Shown piece by piece: positions 13,214-23,829 of a DNA stretch of 64,000 nucleotides. Positions within the stretch are counted from its first letter, which is position 1; every line of letters starts with the position of its first letter. The stretch is from Curvularia clavata (taxonomy: Eukaryota), in the NCBI GenBank assembly GCA_023920165.1, contig CP089278.1, forward strand, positions 2,418,001-2,482,000, given 5' to 3'. The notes under the pieces are model-generated. The model was not told the origin of the DNA and searched no databases. It worked only from the letters and a program-made list of their open reading frames with translations. Position numbers and translations under genes: made by a program.

Positions 13214-13981
13214 TCACCCAAGAACCTTGCCCCTCAGTGTCGTCCTCCGCAACACCTCCTTCTCGTCCAAACCATCACTCCTAACCTCTCCCTTCTTCCC
13301 ACTCACCCTCATCTGCCTATCACTCTCCATACCCATTCCCTCACCCCACCCCCAGTTCTCCTCAACCCACGTTATCGGCCATAGCAGCCATGTGCCCAGT
13401 AGACAAAACAGCGTAGCCCAAGCCTGCCAGATCCAGATCAGCACCCAGCCTCCTGGGGCGATGAATCGTATCCACTGATCGACCTGGTACAGATCATCTT
13501 GTTTCTCAATGTAGTATTTTCCCATTGACGGCGAGTGCCGCAGGCTGAGCACCGTGGTGAGGCGGACGGGCGCATAGTAAAACGGAACCAGCCAGATGCG
13601 AAAGATTTGGAAAATCGTCACGTAGAGCTTTAGATTGGCTTCGTCAAAGGCTGTTCATCTCAGTCAGTCTTCTATGCCACGTAGAAAAGCAAAGGAGCAA
13701 CATACCGACGCTCTGCACCGTCAAGTCAATCCTCGGACTCATGATCTTGTACCAGCGGTACGTCGCGTCGACCAACCAACGGGAGTTAGACCAGCTCCAT
13801 GTTCGGCAGAATGGATGCGAGAATTCTGCATCAGGCGTGAAGTACTTTTCAATTGTTGCGTGCTGCAGAGAGGGCGGTGATTGCGTGAGGAGGTGTATTA
13901 TCCCAGGAATCTCTTTGACTGGCCATACTGTGTTAGCGACAATGGTAGAGACGTAAAATCCAACCAACCTGGATCTTCCAT
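13214..13981 (-). CDS. Fungal NTF2/SnoaL-like fold protein with C-terminal TM segment (3 exons)
   Basis: MEDP/VKEIPGIIHLLTQSPPSLQHATIEKYFTPDAEFSHPFC...YRWYKIMSPRIDL...A/FDEANLKLYVTIFQIF...YYIEKQDDLYQ. Introns are 13968-13919 and about 13705-13652. Confidence 0.7.
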
Positions 13982-14099
13982 CTTGTCGACGATAAGCTCA
14001 AAGAGTCCCCGAAAGCTATGTGCACAAGAAGGCAGAGATATGAGCCTTATGAGCGCGGAATCTTCGGCGTGTTTTTCGCATGTGAAGAACGCGTTGTAA

Positions 14100-14107
14100 T
14101 GACGTCA
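14100..14107. promoter_or_regulatory. CRE (ATF/CREB bZIP) palindrome TGACGTCA
   Basis: Perfect octamer about 120 bp upstream of the ATG at 13981. Confidence 0.45.
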
Positions 14108-14261
14108 CGCTAACTATTGCTTCACGTCAACACGAGCTCCCAACATTCTGATCAAGTTTATGCAGCCGTAAATTTGCATTCATTACATCAATTGTAGCAT
14201 AATTAAGGTATTCATACTGCCAAGTGGATGATCCAGCCATCAGTTTTAAAACATCAGCCGC

Positions 14262-15071
14262 CTATTGAGACCTGTACTGCTGGATCTCGGCCTCGGAGAT
14301 CTGCCTCAGCTTGTTCACGCTTGGTGCCTGTCCAGTCGCAACACCCTTTGCGAGCTCAACAAGGCCGCCAATCTGGGTCCTCTTCGAAATGGCGTACTGA
14401 GCAGTGCTGGCCTTGACGCGGATGATGCCAATGCGTGGGTCCTCTGGGCCGCCATCGTGCTTGCCATCGCCGAGATCACCAATCCATGCCTTGAGCCCTG
14501 GTGAGTAGTGCTTGCGGACAACCTCGCGGTCCGTCTCAATGGATGCGTGGCCAGAGATGGATGCCCACTCGCCTGAGTTGTTGATGAAGCCAATGTTGAC
14601 TGATGCGTGCTCCTTTAGATCGTCGGTCTTGCCAGACTCGGTGTTGGTGTGGAAGAGAAGATCGAAGCCATGTCCTTCCTGATATTTGTTAGCAGCGTTA
14701 GAGCAACGACACTGCCTGCTGCTTACCTTGGCAGCGAGAGCCATTGCTCTTGAAGCCAACAGATCGCTGTCTGCAACCTGTGTCGTCATGAGGCAGAACT
14801 TGGTCTTGTCGATGAAATTGAAGAGGTCCTCAGCCTTCTCCTTCAAGGAAGGCTCCTCGAGATTCTTCTGGGTGTAAGGGTCGGCAGTCTTGGAGCCGGT
14901 ATCCGCATTGCTGAAGCCAGACATGTTGAAGGTAGTGTTCGAGAAGACGCGTTGGAAGGGGAGTGGTTTCTGTAGCTGCAAGGAAGGCGTCAGCTTCTGT
15001 GCACACAACGCTCGTGGGGATCCTCGTGCAACCGCTGCGGCAGAACGATGAAGAAGACGAGATGAAAGCAT
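14262..15071 (-). CDS. bli-3: BLI-3-like / general stress protein (FMN-binding split-barrel, pyridoxamine 5'-phosphate oxidase-like); intron 14726-14679
   Basis: MSGFSNADTGSKTADPY...FCLMTT...SRAMALAAKE...DLLFHTNTESGKTDDL...GEWASISG...AWIGDLGDGKHDGGPEDPRIGIIRV. The second ATG (14924) is the family-like start; the first ATG (15071) adds a presequence-like extension. Confidence 0.85.
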   Translation of the reverse strand: MLSSRLLHRSAAAVARGSPRALCAQKLTPSLQLQKPLPFQRVFSNTTFNMSGFSNADTGSKTADPYTQKNLEEPSLKEKAEDLFNFIDKTKFCLMTTQVADSDLLASRAMALAAKVSSRQCRCSNAANKYQEGHGFDLLFHTNTESGKTDDLKEHASVNIGFINNSGEWASISGHASIETDREVVRKHYSPGLKAWIGDLGDGKHDGGPEDPRIGIIRVKASTAQYAISKRTQIGGLVELAKGVATGQAPSVNKLRQISEAEIQQYRSQ

Positions 15072-15157
15072 ACCTTTGTTGGTGATTATTGGTAGCAGGC
15101 AGTGTAGTGTGGAAGAGGTTCAGCAGCTCGCAGGACTATGTAGTGACAGCGCTGTAG

Positions 15158-15165
15158 TGACGTCA
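15158..15165. promoter_or_regulatory. CRE palindrome (GTGACGTCAC)
   Basis: Perfect TGACGTCA about 90 bp upstream of the BLI-3-like ATG. Confidence 0.5.
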
Positions 15166-15642
15166 CCTGGTCTAGTCGCGTTTGACCACCCCGCTGCTAT
15201 GTGGGGAGGTAACAATGAGACCAGTGAGACAGTTAACCGGGTCTGCGCTTGCAAGCGGTTCTGGGCTTGGAGGATTAATGGTTGCGTCATGTTCCTTAGT
15301 AATGGCTCAGGTACCACAATGTGGCAGACCAGAAAAGGAACGCGAGCTTGAACATCACACCGCCGGTGATCATTTCGACCAGTTTAGCGCAAACTTAAGA
15401 ACATTACATAGTGATATTGACCATCTAGACCTAGCGTGCGTCTAGAAGCAAAATATCGTACCCCACGCCGTGACCCCGTCCAATGCCATGCTGGTATCCC
15501 GTAAACAACAGCGGAGAATGTACCGACCCCAAGCTAAAAATGAAGAAGCGGGCTAGATCCTAGACTATGCAGATGTCCCGGATATGTCACCCTGATTTTT
15601 GGAGGGACTAGTGCCCTAATGACAGGCGGCACGTTGAATGCT

Positions 15643-17331
15643 CTATGCGTCAGCGGGAGCCTCCTTGTCCTCAAGCGATGCCTTCTTGAGTTCGGCAGCA
15701 GCATCGGCGGCAGCATCCTTCTCCTGGGCCAGCTCAGCCTCTGCGGATGCGTTGCCATTGACTGCCTGGTTCTTTTGAGCAGGCTTGCGGGCAGTGTCAG
15801 TGCTGCCGTTCGCGTCTTCCTCAGCCTCCTCAGCCTCAAGACGCTCAATCTCCTTTTGTGCCTTGGCGATGTTCTGCGTCTACGTTAGCGCTGTGACGAT
15901 AGTGTAGTTTAAAGTCAATCTCACCTCCTTGGTCTTGCGGTCCTGGTCCTCCTTCCAGTGCGCGAGCTTGGCCTTGAGCTTCTCGACGGTAGCAGGGACG
16001 TCTTCTTGGCTCGAGGGAGCCTCGACGCCAACCTTGGCCAGCTCCTCAATGATACCAATGTTGAGGTTGAACTTGGCGGGAGCAGCGCTAGCACCGCCCT
16101 TCTTGCCCTTCTTACCCTTCTTTCCACCAGTGCCGATAAAGTAGTTCTCCTCCTCGGTATCCTTCTTGGAAATGCGTGTACCCTTCAGACCGGACTCGTC
16201 GACAGTGCGTTGAGCGGAAGCAGCAAACTTGCTGGCCGAGGTGGTCTCCTTGGGTGGGAGGGCAGACGGATCGAAGTGACGGATCAGACCTTCAGCAGCG
16301 ATGATTTCGTCACCATAGGCGGGGGTGCTGGCCTCTTCGAAACGCTTGCTGGCAGCCTCCTTGCGCTTGCTGGCAACGTACTGGAGTTGTTCCTGACGTC
16401 TCTTCTCGAAGCGAATCTTGCGGGCCTCGGCTTCGTACGTCTTGTATGCGCGCAGCTGCTGGAAGTAGTTATCCTTGAGATCCTTTCGTGCCTGGTACTT
16501 CTCCTGCTGCTCAGCACGTGCCTTGTCCGTCTGCTCGCGAAGCGTCCTCAGGTTCTTGAAGGCTTCGTCCTGCTCGGCCTTGAGAGCGTCCAACTCAGTC
16601 TGGAGCGCAGTGTACTTGTCGCTGAGGGCCTTGTTCTCGGGGTCATCCAGCAGCTTCTTCTGCTCTGCAATCTGGGCCTTGATGTCGTCAATCTTCTTCT
16701 GCTGGGCCTCAAAGCCGGAGAAGTTCTTGCGGGCCTTGTTGAGAGCGCTGATCTCGGCGAGGGCCTTCTTCTCGTCCACCAACTTCATCATGCCACCGTC
16801 GACCTGCTTCTGCAGGCGTGCGATTTCCTGGTCAACCTCCTCAACAGACTTGTAGTTGGACTTGCCCTTCGCAGTCTTCAGCTCGTTCAGCTGCTGCTTG
16901 AGCTGCTCGTCGAGCTTCTTGATCTTCTCGAAAATGGCATTGCGGCCGGACTTGTTCCCTTGCTGCGTCTGGCGGATGGCGTTGAGCTCAGCCTTGAGCT
17001 CCTGCTGGCGTTTCGCATTGGGCGAGTCCTTGTTGTTCGGCTTGGCGAGGTCGAGCTTCGCCTTGCAGGCGTTCTAGCGATGGTTAGCACAGATTACCAG
17101 ACCCTTATGTCTGCATGTGACGCAGGTACCCGTCGGCTCAACTGTCAACGGGCTGTATCTACTCACCAGCTTCTCCTGGGCTGCGGCGTGTTCCTTCTCG
17201 GCCTTGGCAAGGGCCTCCTTGTACTTCTCCTCATCGGGCTTCTCAGGCTTGACGATCTGTTGCTTGCCTTGGGGAGCAGAGCCGTTGGTGGAGGCCTTCT
17301 GGGCGGCGGGGGGAGTTGCGACGTCGGCCAT
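15643..17331 (-). CDS. BFR1: Bfr1-like coiled-coil protein (nuclear segregation / mRNP-associated), 3 exons
   Basis: KPEKPDEEKYKEAL..., YKSVEEVDQEIARLQKQVDGGMMKLVDEKKALAEISAL, PAYGDEI, EENYFIGTGGKKGKKGKK, KFNLNIG. Introns are at about 17167-17075 and 15925-15874. Confidence 0.8.
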
Positions 17332-17597
17332 GTTCGCTGGGCAGTCAATTGGATTGAGGAGCTGACTGTGGGAATGCGACGGTAGAGGGGAGTCTGCACA
17401 GGTTGCGGTGACCGCCAAAGGCTAAGGGTGGGCAGTAGGAGCGGTGGGGAGGACAACTATTAAAATCGAGGGTCTCGAGTGAACCACGGAATGCTGGCAA
17501 CTTTTCCCGAATTTTAGCTCACGGGGCTAGTGCCGCATTCCCCATTCACCGAACATACCCGCCGGGGCCTCGAGAATCTCACCCACCCCAATAGACA

Positions 17598-18527
17598 ATG
17601 GCGGAGGAATCTCGAGGCAGTATCCCTGTCCTGCTGCTAAAAACAAAGTCGGCACCCGTGGATGCCTACGAAGAGCTATTCCGTACCCTCGACAATGGCC
17701 GCTACGCCCCAGTTTTTGTGCCGGTTCTCGAGCACCGGTTCAAGCGAGATGCCATATGTGAGATGCGCCGGCATGTCACCAACCGAGGCTTGGTACCAAA
17801 GTCCAACAAGGGTCTTGCGACATACGGTGCCCTTATATTTACCTCGCAGCGGGCTGTCGAGGCGTTCGCTGAGGTTGTAGAGGAAATTCGTCGAGAGGGA
17901 ACCTACCAAATTGACGACCTGCTTCCAGAGAGCCTGCCCCTATACGACGTAGGCCCAGCTACTGCACGCGGACTGAAAGCACTAGGACTCAAATGTCCGA
18001 TCCTTGGCGAACAAACTGGAAATGGAGAAGCCCTGGCTGACTTTATCCTGCAACATTATAACGACATGTATCCAGATACTCCTAATCCGCCTGTTTTGTT
18101 CATGGTTGGAGATAAGAGAAGGGACATTATACCAAAGAAGCTTCAGTCAGAGGAGCTAGACTGGAAAAAGAGGGCCAGAGTAGATGAATTGGTTATATAT
18201 GAGACTGGAGAGATGCAGTCTTTCAAGGATGACTTTTCAATGATATGGAGGAGCAACGCCGAAAGAGGTCTAAAAACCCAATGGGTGGTTGTATTTTCCC
18301 CAACCGGATGTCGAGCCATGCTTGAGAGCTTGGAACTCTTGGACCCCAAAACTGGTCGGATGAAAGCGTCTATGAATCAGAGGGATATATTCATTGCCAC
18401 CATCGGCCCGACTACTCGTGACTATCTCATACAAGAGTTTGGTTTTACTCCCCATGTATGCGCAGAGAAGCCGACTCCGGAGGGTGTTGCAGACGGAATC
18501 AGAGACTTTTTGGAGAAGCTTGGTTGA
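17598..18527 (+). CDS. HEM4: Uroporphyrinogen-III synthase
   Basis: VLLLKTKS...PVLEH...LIFTSQRAVEA...VGPATA...TGNGEALA...GDKRRDIIP...YET...VVFSPTG...IGPTT...KPTPEG. Confidence 0.92.
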   Translation: MAEESRGSIPVLLLKTKSAPVDAYEELFRTLDNGRYAPVFVPVLEHRFKRDAICEMRRHVTNRGLVPKSNKGLATYGALIFTSQRAVEAFAEVVEEIRREGTYQIDDLLPESLPLYDVGPATARGLKALGLKCPILGEQTGNGEALADFILQHYNDMYPDTPNPPVLFMVGDKRRDIIPKKLQSEELDWKKRARVDELVIYETGEMQSFKDDFSMIWRSNAERGLKTQWVVVFSPTGCRAMLESLELLDPKTGRMKASMNQRDIFIATIGPTTRDYLIQEFGFTPHVCAEKPTPEGVADGIRDFLEKLG

Positions 18528-18758
18528 GAAGGGTTGTTTCGGCTGATGGTGAGTATATAGTAGGACGTCTCTCAAGTGGCTTGTTGTCTGAGTCTATATT
18601 TCGTCTGACGTGCTAAAGACCATGCTTGGTCTAGACAATTACAAAAGCAAACATATAAACCCCAGCTTTCTTGTATGGTGAGCATGGTGATTGGCCACAC
18701 TTTTGCTCTGGTAACTTTGCTGCACGTGCCGTCCTGACGCGTTGATGTCCCGTCCCAT

Positions 18759-18766
18759 TGACGTCA
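18759..18766. promoter_or_regulatory. CRE palindrome TGACGTCA
   Basis: Perfect octamer about 130 bp upstream of the ATG at 18895. Confidence 0.45.
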
Positions 18767-18894
18767 CCACATACGCGACGCGACTGATACAAACTCACGG
18801 CGCAACCATTTATTCGTCTCTTTCTCTTTCCAGATACCGGTCTCATTCTGCGAGCAATCAAACATTTCCACTCAATTGACTAATTTCCACAAAC

Positions 18895-20147
18895 ATGACA
18901 GAAACACGCTCCGCTACACACAAGTCTAGCAGCGATGCTGCAGCTGGTACCAAGAGGAAGCATGACGTTGAGCCATCTCCCAAGCGCGAGACCAAAGCAG
19001 CCAAGAAGCAGACTACTATCGAGGACACAATGGAATCAAATAAAGAAACGGACGAGAATATGAAAGACGGCTCAGATGATGGTGGGCCTGTAAAGGAAAC
19101 AGACGAGTCTGAAGAGAAGGTCGAACAGGGCAAACAAGAGAACGATTTGGGCAGTACCACAAAGGACTCTACTGCCAATAGGCAAGGTGCAGTGGAGGAA
19201 TCGTCTCAGCGTGAAAAGGAAGTCCCCTCGAATATTCTTGAAAAAGGCGTCATCTACTTCTTCACCCGCAATCGCGTTGGCATTGAGGAATCTGAGAGTG
19301 TGGGCGATCTCCAACGCACATTTTTCGTCCTACGGCCTATGCCAGTTGGTGCCAAACTTGGTGACGGCCCGCTTGCTGACGATAATAACAACCGTCTGTT
19401 TGCGCTCCCTAAGAAGGTTTTCCCAAAGTCACATAACGACCGCTTCATGGCGTTTGTGGAGAAGGCCAATACTACCATTAAAGAGCTGAAAGAAAACTTC
19501 TTCAGTGGGGAAGAGTACAGCACAAAGACACAGGGCACCCGACGCATTGAACCTGTCGCTCCAGTGGCCGAGGGTGTGTACGCAATCACCCGCACGGAGG
19601 ACCGTACAAGCCATCTTGTGTATTCGATCACTATTCCCTCGGAACTTGGAGAGGTGCAGGATGATCTGGGTATTAGGGACCAGGGCAGCTTCATCATCAG
19701 TGTCAAGAATCCCGAGCGCAGTGGACCTGCTCAGGCTCAGCTCCCTCAAAAGCCTGATTTCCCGAAAGAGTAAGTTGATATGATAGTAGCAGACCACTGC
19801 ATACTGACCTCATACAGAATGATTGAGGAATTCCGTGGCCTAGCTTGGGTTGAGGCGAAGCCAAAGTATCTGGATTACGAGTATTGTCAAATCCTCCTCA
19901 TTGGTGAAAAGGTGGATTCGGGTGTCAAACCTACGACCAAGGATCAGAAGCATGACAAGGAGACCCCCCTAGAGGAGATCGAGAAGTTGGAGCACGAAGA
20001 CGAACTTCGCGTCAAGCACCTCCATGGTAAGAGCTGAAATTGAATTACTTTGATGAATGCACTAACCAATGACCAGGTGACGACTCCGTTTATGACGATC
20101 TCAAAATTAGCAAAAAGGAATACCCCAAGGTGCCTACCACCTGGTGA
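18895..20147 (+). CDS. Conserved fungal hypothetical protein with charged N-terminus (3 exons: 18895-19769, 19818-20026, 20077-20147)
   Basis: ILEKGVIYFFTR...LPKKVFP...FMAFVEKA...PVAEGVYAI...SHLVY...ELGEVQ...SFIISVKNP...EFRGLAW...LDY...QILLIG. Canonical introns keep the frame through ...VPTTW*. Confidence 0.75.
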
Positions 20148-20589
20148 GTTTGTAGGCGTGAATATTCTTCCTTGTCCACCAAATCTTGTTAATGGTACTG
20201 GAAATGCCGGTAACTGGTGTTCAAAGGGTACGGACTGTGTTGGGTAACTAATGTGTGTGGCGGAATCTGACTTGAATGTATGTATGAGCTCCGGTCTCGC
20301 TAGGAGAGGGATTATGTCAAGCGTTGTCGCATAAACTTAATGTATCATATGGAAACGATGTTAAACAATGTTTCGTGCTATTTGTTTCGATTGTGAAGCT
20401 GATGCTGTGTGCTTACTTATCTCTTCCACTTCATCGTTCACCACTCACGTCATGTCAAGAAGGGATATGAATCTCATACACCCTGCCTTATTGAGCCCAT
20501 ATCTATTCTCCTTCACCTGAGATTCTTCTCTCGAACCTCCGCACTCGAACCTGAATAATATCTTTCCCTGCTTCAACATATCCACCGTC

Positions 20590-21993
20590 ATGAATTCGTC
20601 AGCCATGCCTACTCCTGACGAGCACGGCACCATTAGTTGGCCACTTGCATCATTTGCAATCCGTAAGGATTTCAAATCGCCAGAGCCCGCAATTCTCCTC
20701 CTGGACCGTGCCAACGCTGAGTTTGGACTCGTTCACCAAACTGGTCCTGGTGTTGCCGTAATGGCACAGTTCCCGGATACTGGAGAGCCCATCTCTTTCC
20801 AGGCTTCCGAGGCGCGTGCAATCTGCACTCGTTTCAACAACACCTGCAAGAAGGTCGGCGTACTCTTGCAGAATATGCAGATTGGCCTACACTTCAACAC
20901 GAGTGCCGACGCAGGGGACTTTGCGGACAAGATTAGATGGTTTGCTTCCAGAACTGGCAATCTTCAGTTTGAAGTGCACGAAGCTGCTTCGTATGTATCA
21001 TATCAGCTATGTTGATTCGAGCAGTACTGAAACAAATACACAGCAACACTGTCTTCGCACGCTCTGACTTCAGTATGGAAAAAGAAGGATACACAGAACA
21101 AGAATGTCCATCCTGGATGTCTGTCCCTAATGACAAAACGCCAGAGTGGGCTCAGTAAGTAGCTTGCACGGTAATGCTAGACAGCTGACTGACCATCACA
21201 GCATATACAAGACCGGCAAATGCTCCGACTTCACGATTGTTGCTGGAGGCAAACGATTCCCAGTCCACCGGGTCTTGTAAGTGGAAGAACTTCTGCCCCA
21301 TGAACATTGCTGATTCGAACATTAGGTTAAGTACGCGATCACAATATTTTAACGCCGTCTGCAACGGAAGCTTCGTTGTAAGAGACCTTTGTACTTCAAA
21401 CCAAGCGCTGACCGCAACTGACGTTCCGAAGGAATCCGAAAAGCGCTCCATTGAACTACCTGAGCGTAGTTGGGTTGTGGAAACAATGCTCAAAGAGTTA
21501 TACGAGGTGTACAATTCCACCACGGGATCGATCTTTACGGGCTTTGCCCTCCGATCCATGGTAGAAAAGTGTCCTATAATGGATGACATATTGGTCCTTT
21601 TTGTTGCCTGCGACAAGGTCAGTTTTTTGTCATGTTTTGGACAGTGCACAGCTCTGACAATGTGCTTAGTACAACCTTGAATCAATCAAGCAAAAGGCAG
21701 CCGAAACATTCGTTGATCGCCTTTCGTTCGTCCACGATCTTTGGTTGATTGTTGACCTCGCTGCAGCCATCTATAGCGATGGTTTCCCAGAGGTCGATTA
21801 TGGCATCCGCAATGCGATCATCCGTCAACTACATGTTCGCTTGCCTGCGATCATGGAAGATGAGAAGGCATGGGAGGACTATTCGGAGAACAAGGTCTTG
21901 GTCAAGGCACTGCACTGGTATCAGTGTGAGATGCAGGACTCTGAGGAATATTTCGGGATGTTCACACCGCTGGCTACTCCGAAGAAAAAGTGA
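20590..21993 (+). CDS. BTB/POZ domain protein with uncharacterised N-terminal domain, 6 exons
   Basis: The spliced frame reads IYKTGKCSDFTIVAGGKRFPVHRVLLSTRSQYFNAVCNGSFVESEKRSIELPE...LFVACDKYNLESIKQKA, a fungal BTB pattern. Confidence 0.75.
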
Positions 21994-22313
21994 GGTGGTG
22001 TGTCCATGGCTCGGCTGCTATGTTCGGTGGTCATGTTTTCAGGCAAAATATCTTCATTGAGCATCTCAGGGTCATAAAGAGGCAGATTCTAGAGTGTCAG
22101 TCATGGTCTGGCAAAGTTCGCTTGAATCAAAGACGGGGTTGTCCAGAGAATGCTAGAAAAGTTGCCACAACTGTGATGTGCAAGGCCGCTAGAGGACACA
22201 GGGACGTGAGCACGTGCAGCCGCGTCGCGCTCAGAAAGCTCGGCGTGGAGCTTTCGGCTCCGCGTCACCCCACAGCATGTGAGACGACCCCTCCACGCGT
22301 CGTCACCTCTTCA

Positions 22314-23420
22314 ATGGCCCCCGATGTAGCCTCCATGACCTCGACGCCAACCACCCCCGCTCTCAAAAACTCTCAAAAGCCACCCTCAGGCTCCAACATC
22401 CTTGAGGTCGTCCTTGGCTCGCTTCTTATCAAGCCCTGGTACCCGTCTTTCTACCCGGAAGAGCTTGTAGGACGGCGTGTCGAGCGGCTGTACGTGTGCC
22501 AGTGGTGCTTCAAATACAGCAAGGAGCTCGTTGGCTTCTTGGGTCATCTGGTGAGATCTGAGTACATGAAGAAAGAAGACCGACTTTACTGATACCTTCC
22601 AGAAAGCATGTCCGCTTCGCAACACTCCACCTCCTGGCGTGAATGTATACACAAAGGACAACTACTCGCTCTATGAGATCGATGGCGAGAAGAACAAGCT
22701 GTACGCCCAAAACCTGTCGCTCTTTGCGAAGCTCTTCCTTGATACCAAATCGGTCTTCTACGATGTGACGACCTTCTTGTACTACCTCTTAGTCGCGCAC
22801 GATCCCACACCATCCATTCCCAACACCAATTTTGATGACGACACAACATCAGAACGAGTCGGTGCGCAGGGGCAAGTTGTTGGCTTCTTCAGTAAAGAGA
22901 AGATGAGCTGGGACAACAACAACCTGGCGTGTATATTAGTCTTCCCACCATGGCAGAAGCAGGGACTAGGGCAGCTATTGATGGGTGCGAGCTATGAAAT
23001 GAGTAGAAGGGAGGAGAGGCTAGGTGGCCCGGAGAAGCGTGAGCTATTCCTTAGTTGACCTTGTCTACGCTGCATTGTTCTAACACCACAACAGCGTTAT
23101 CTGATCTCGGTCGCATTGCCTACAACCATTACTGGTCGCAAACTCTTGCCCGCACCCTCCTCTCATGTCCGTCAAAGAAGACACTTACTGTGCAGGAACT
23201 GCGCGAAAGAACATACATTGTACCAGAAGATATCATTGCAACTTTACAGATGATGGACGTCCTCGAGCAAAGAAAGAAAGGGGGCGCAGATGCAGTGATC
23301 AACAAGGCCAAGGTCAGAGCGTGGGCAGATGCACACAAGGTAGATATCAAGAGCTGTCCGGTGGATCCTGAGGCGTTCATTTCACGGGACGTAAGCAGGG
23401 GCGGCAGTGAAGAGTCTTGA
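22314..23420 (+). CDS. MYST-family (MOZ/SAS; Sas2-like) histone acetyltransferase, 3 exons
   Basis: PWYPSFYP...LYVCQWCFKY (zinc finger), EIDG...LYAQNLSLFAKLFLDTKSVFYDV, VGFFSKEK, NNLACILVFPPWQKQGLG, GGPEKPLSDLG. Introns are 22551-22602 and 23039-23094. The start codon is uncertain. Confidence 0.9.
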
Positions 23421-23829
23421 TGCTCCGTGACAAAGGAGATAGATGGGCATGCATATGATACCCGGACCTCGTTGGTCCTATCGAGCTCCAATGTAGTGTT
23501 TTGAAGACACATTCCTGAAGTTCTTTGAGACAGACCCAAATCAACATGCCTATGTTATCCCATTTCCCAGCTTTATTCTGCTGCTCTATACCAAGGGGTC
23601 GCCATGAAATTATTTTCTTCTGAAAATAACTGGCCGTTAGGAAACAGAATAGACACAGTTAGATATGTTCTCTCTTGATTACACCCAAGACTCTTATATA
23701 TGTAGTTGATGCACGCTTTGCCACGTGTATGCCTTAGTGCAGCTAGCGTAACACGTGAGCACCCGTTTTCATGAACGCGTCGCGTCTTCCAACTGCCTGC
23801 GCCCACTCGTACGGCCATTCACTTTCGAG

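Noticed and set aside
15958..17385. 475-aa plus-strand ORF antisense to the Bfr1-like gene
   Set aside because: Leu-rich mirror of a strongly codon-biased coiled-coil gene, with no domain features. A typical antisense shadow ORF.
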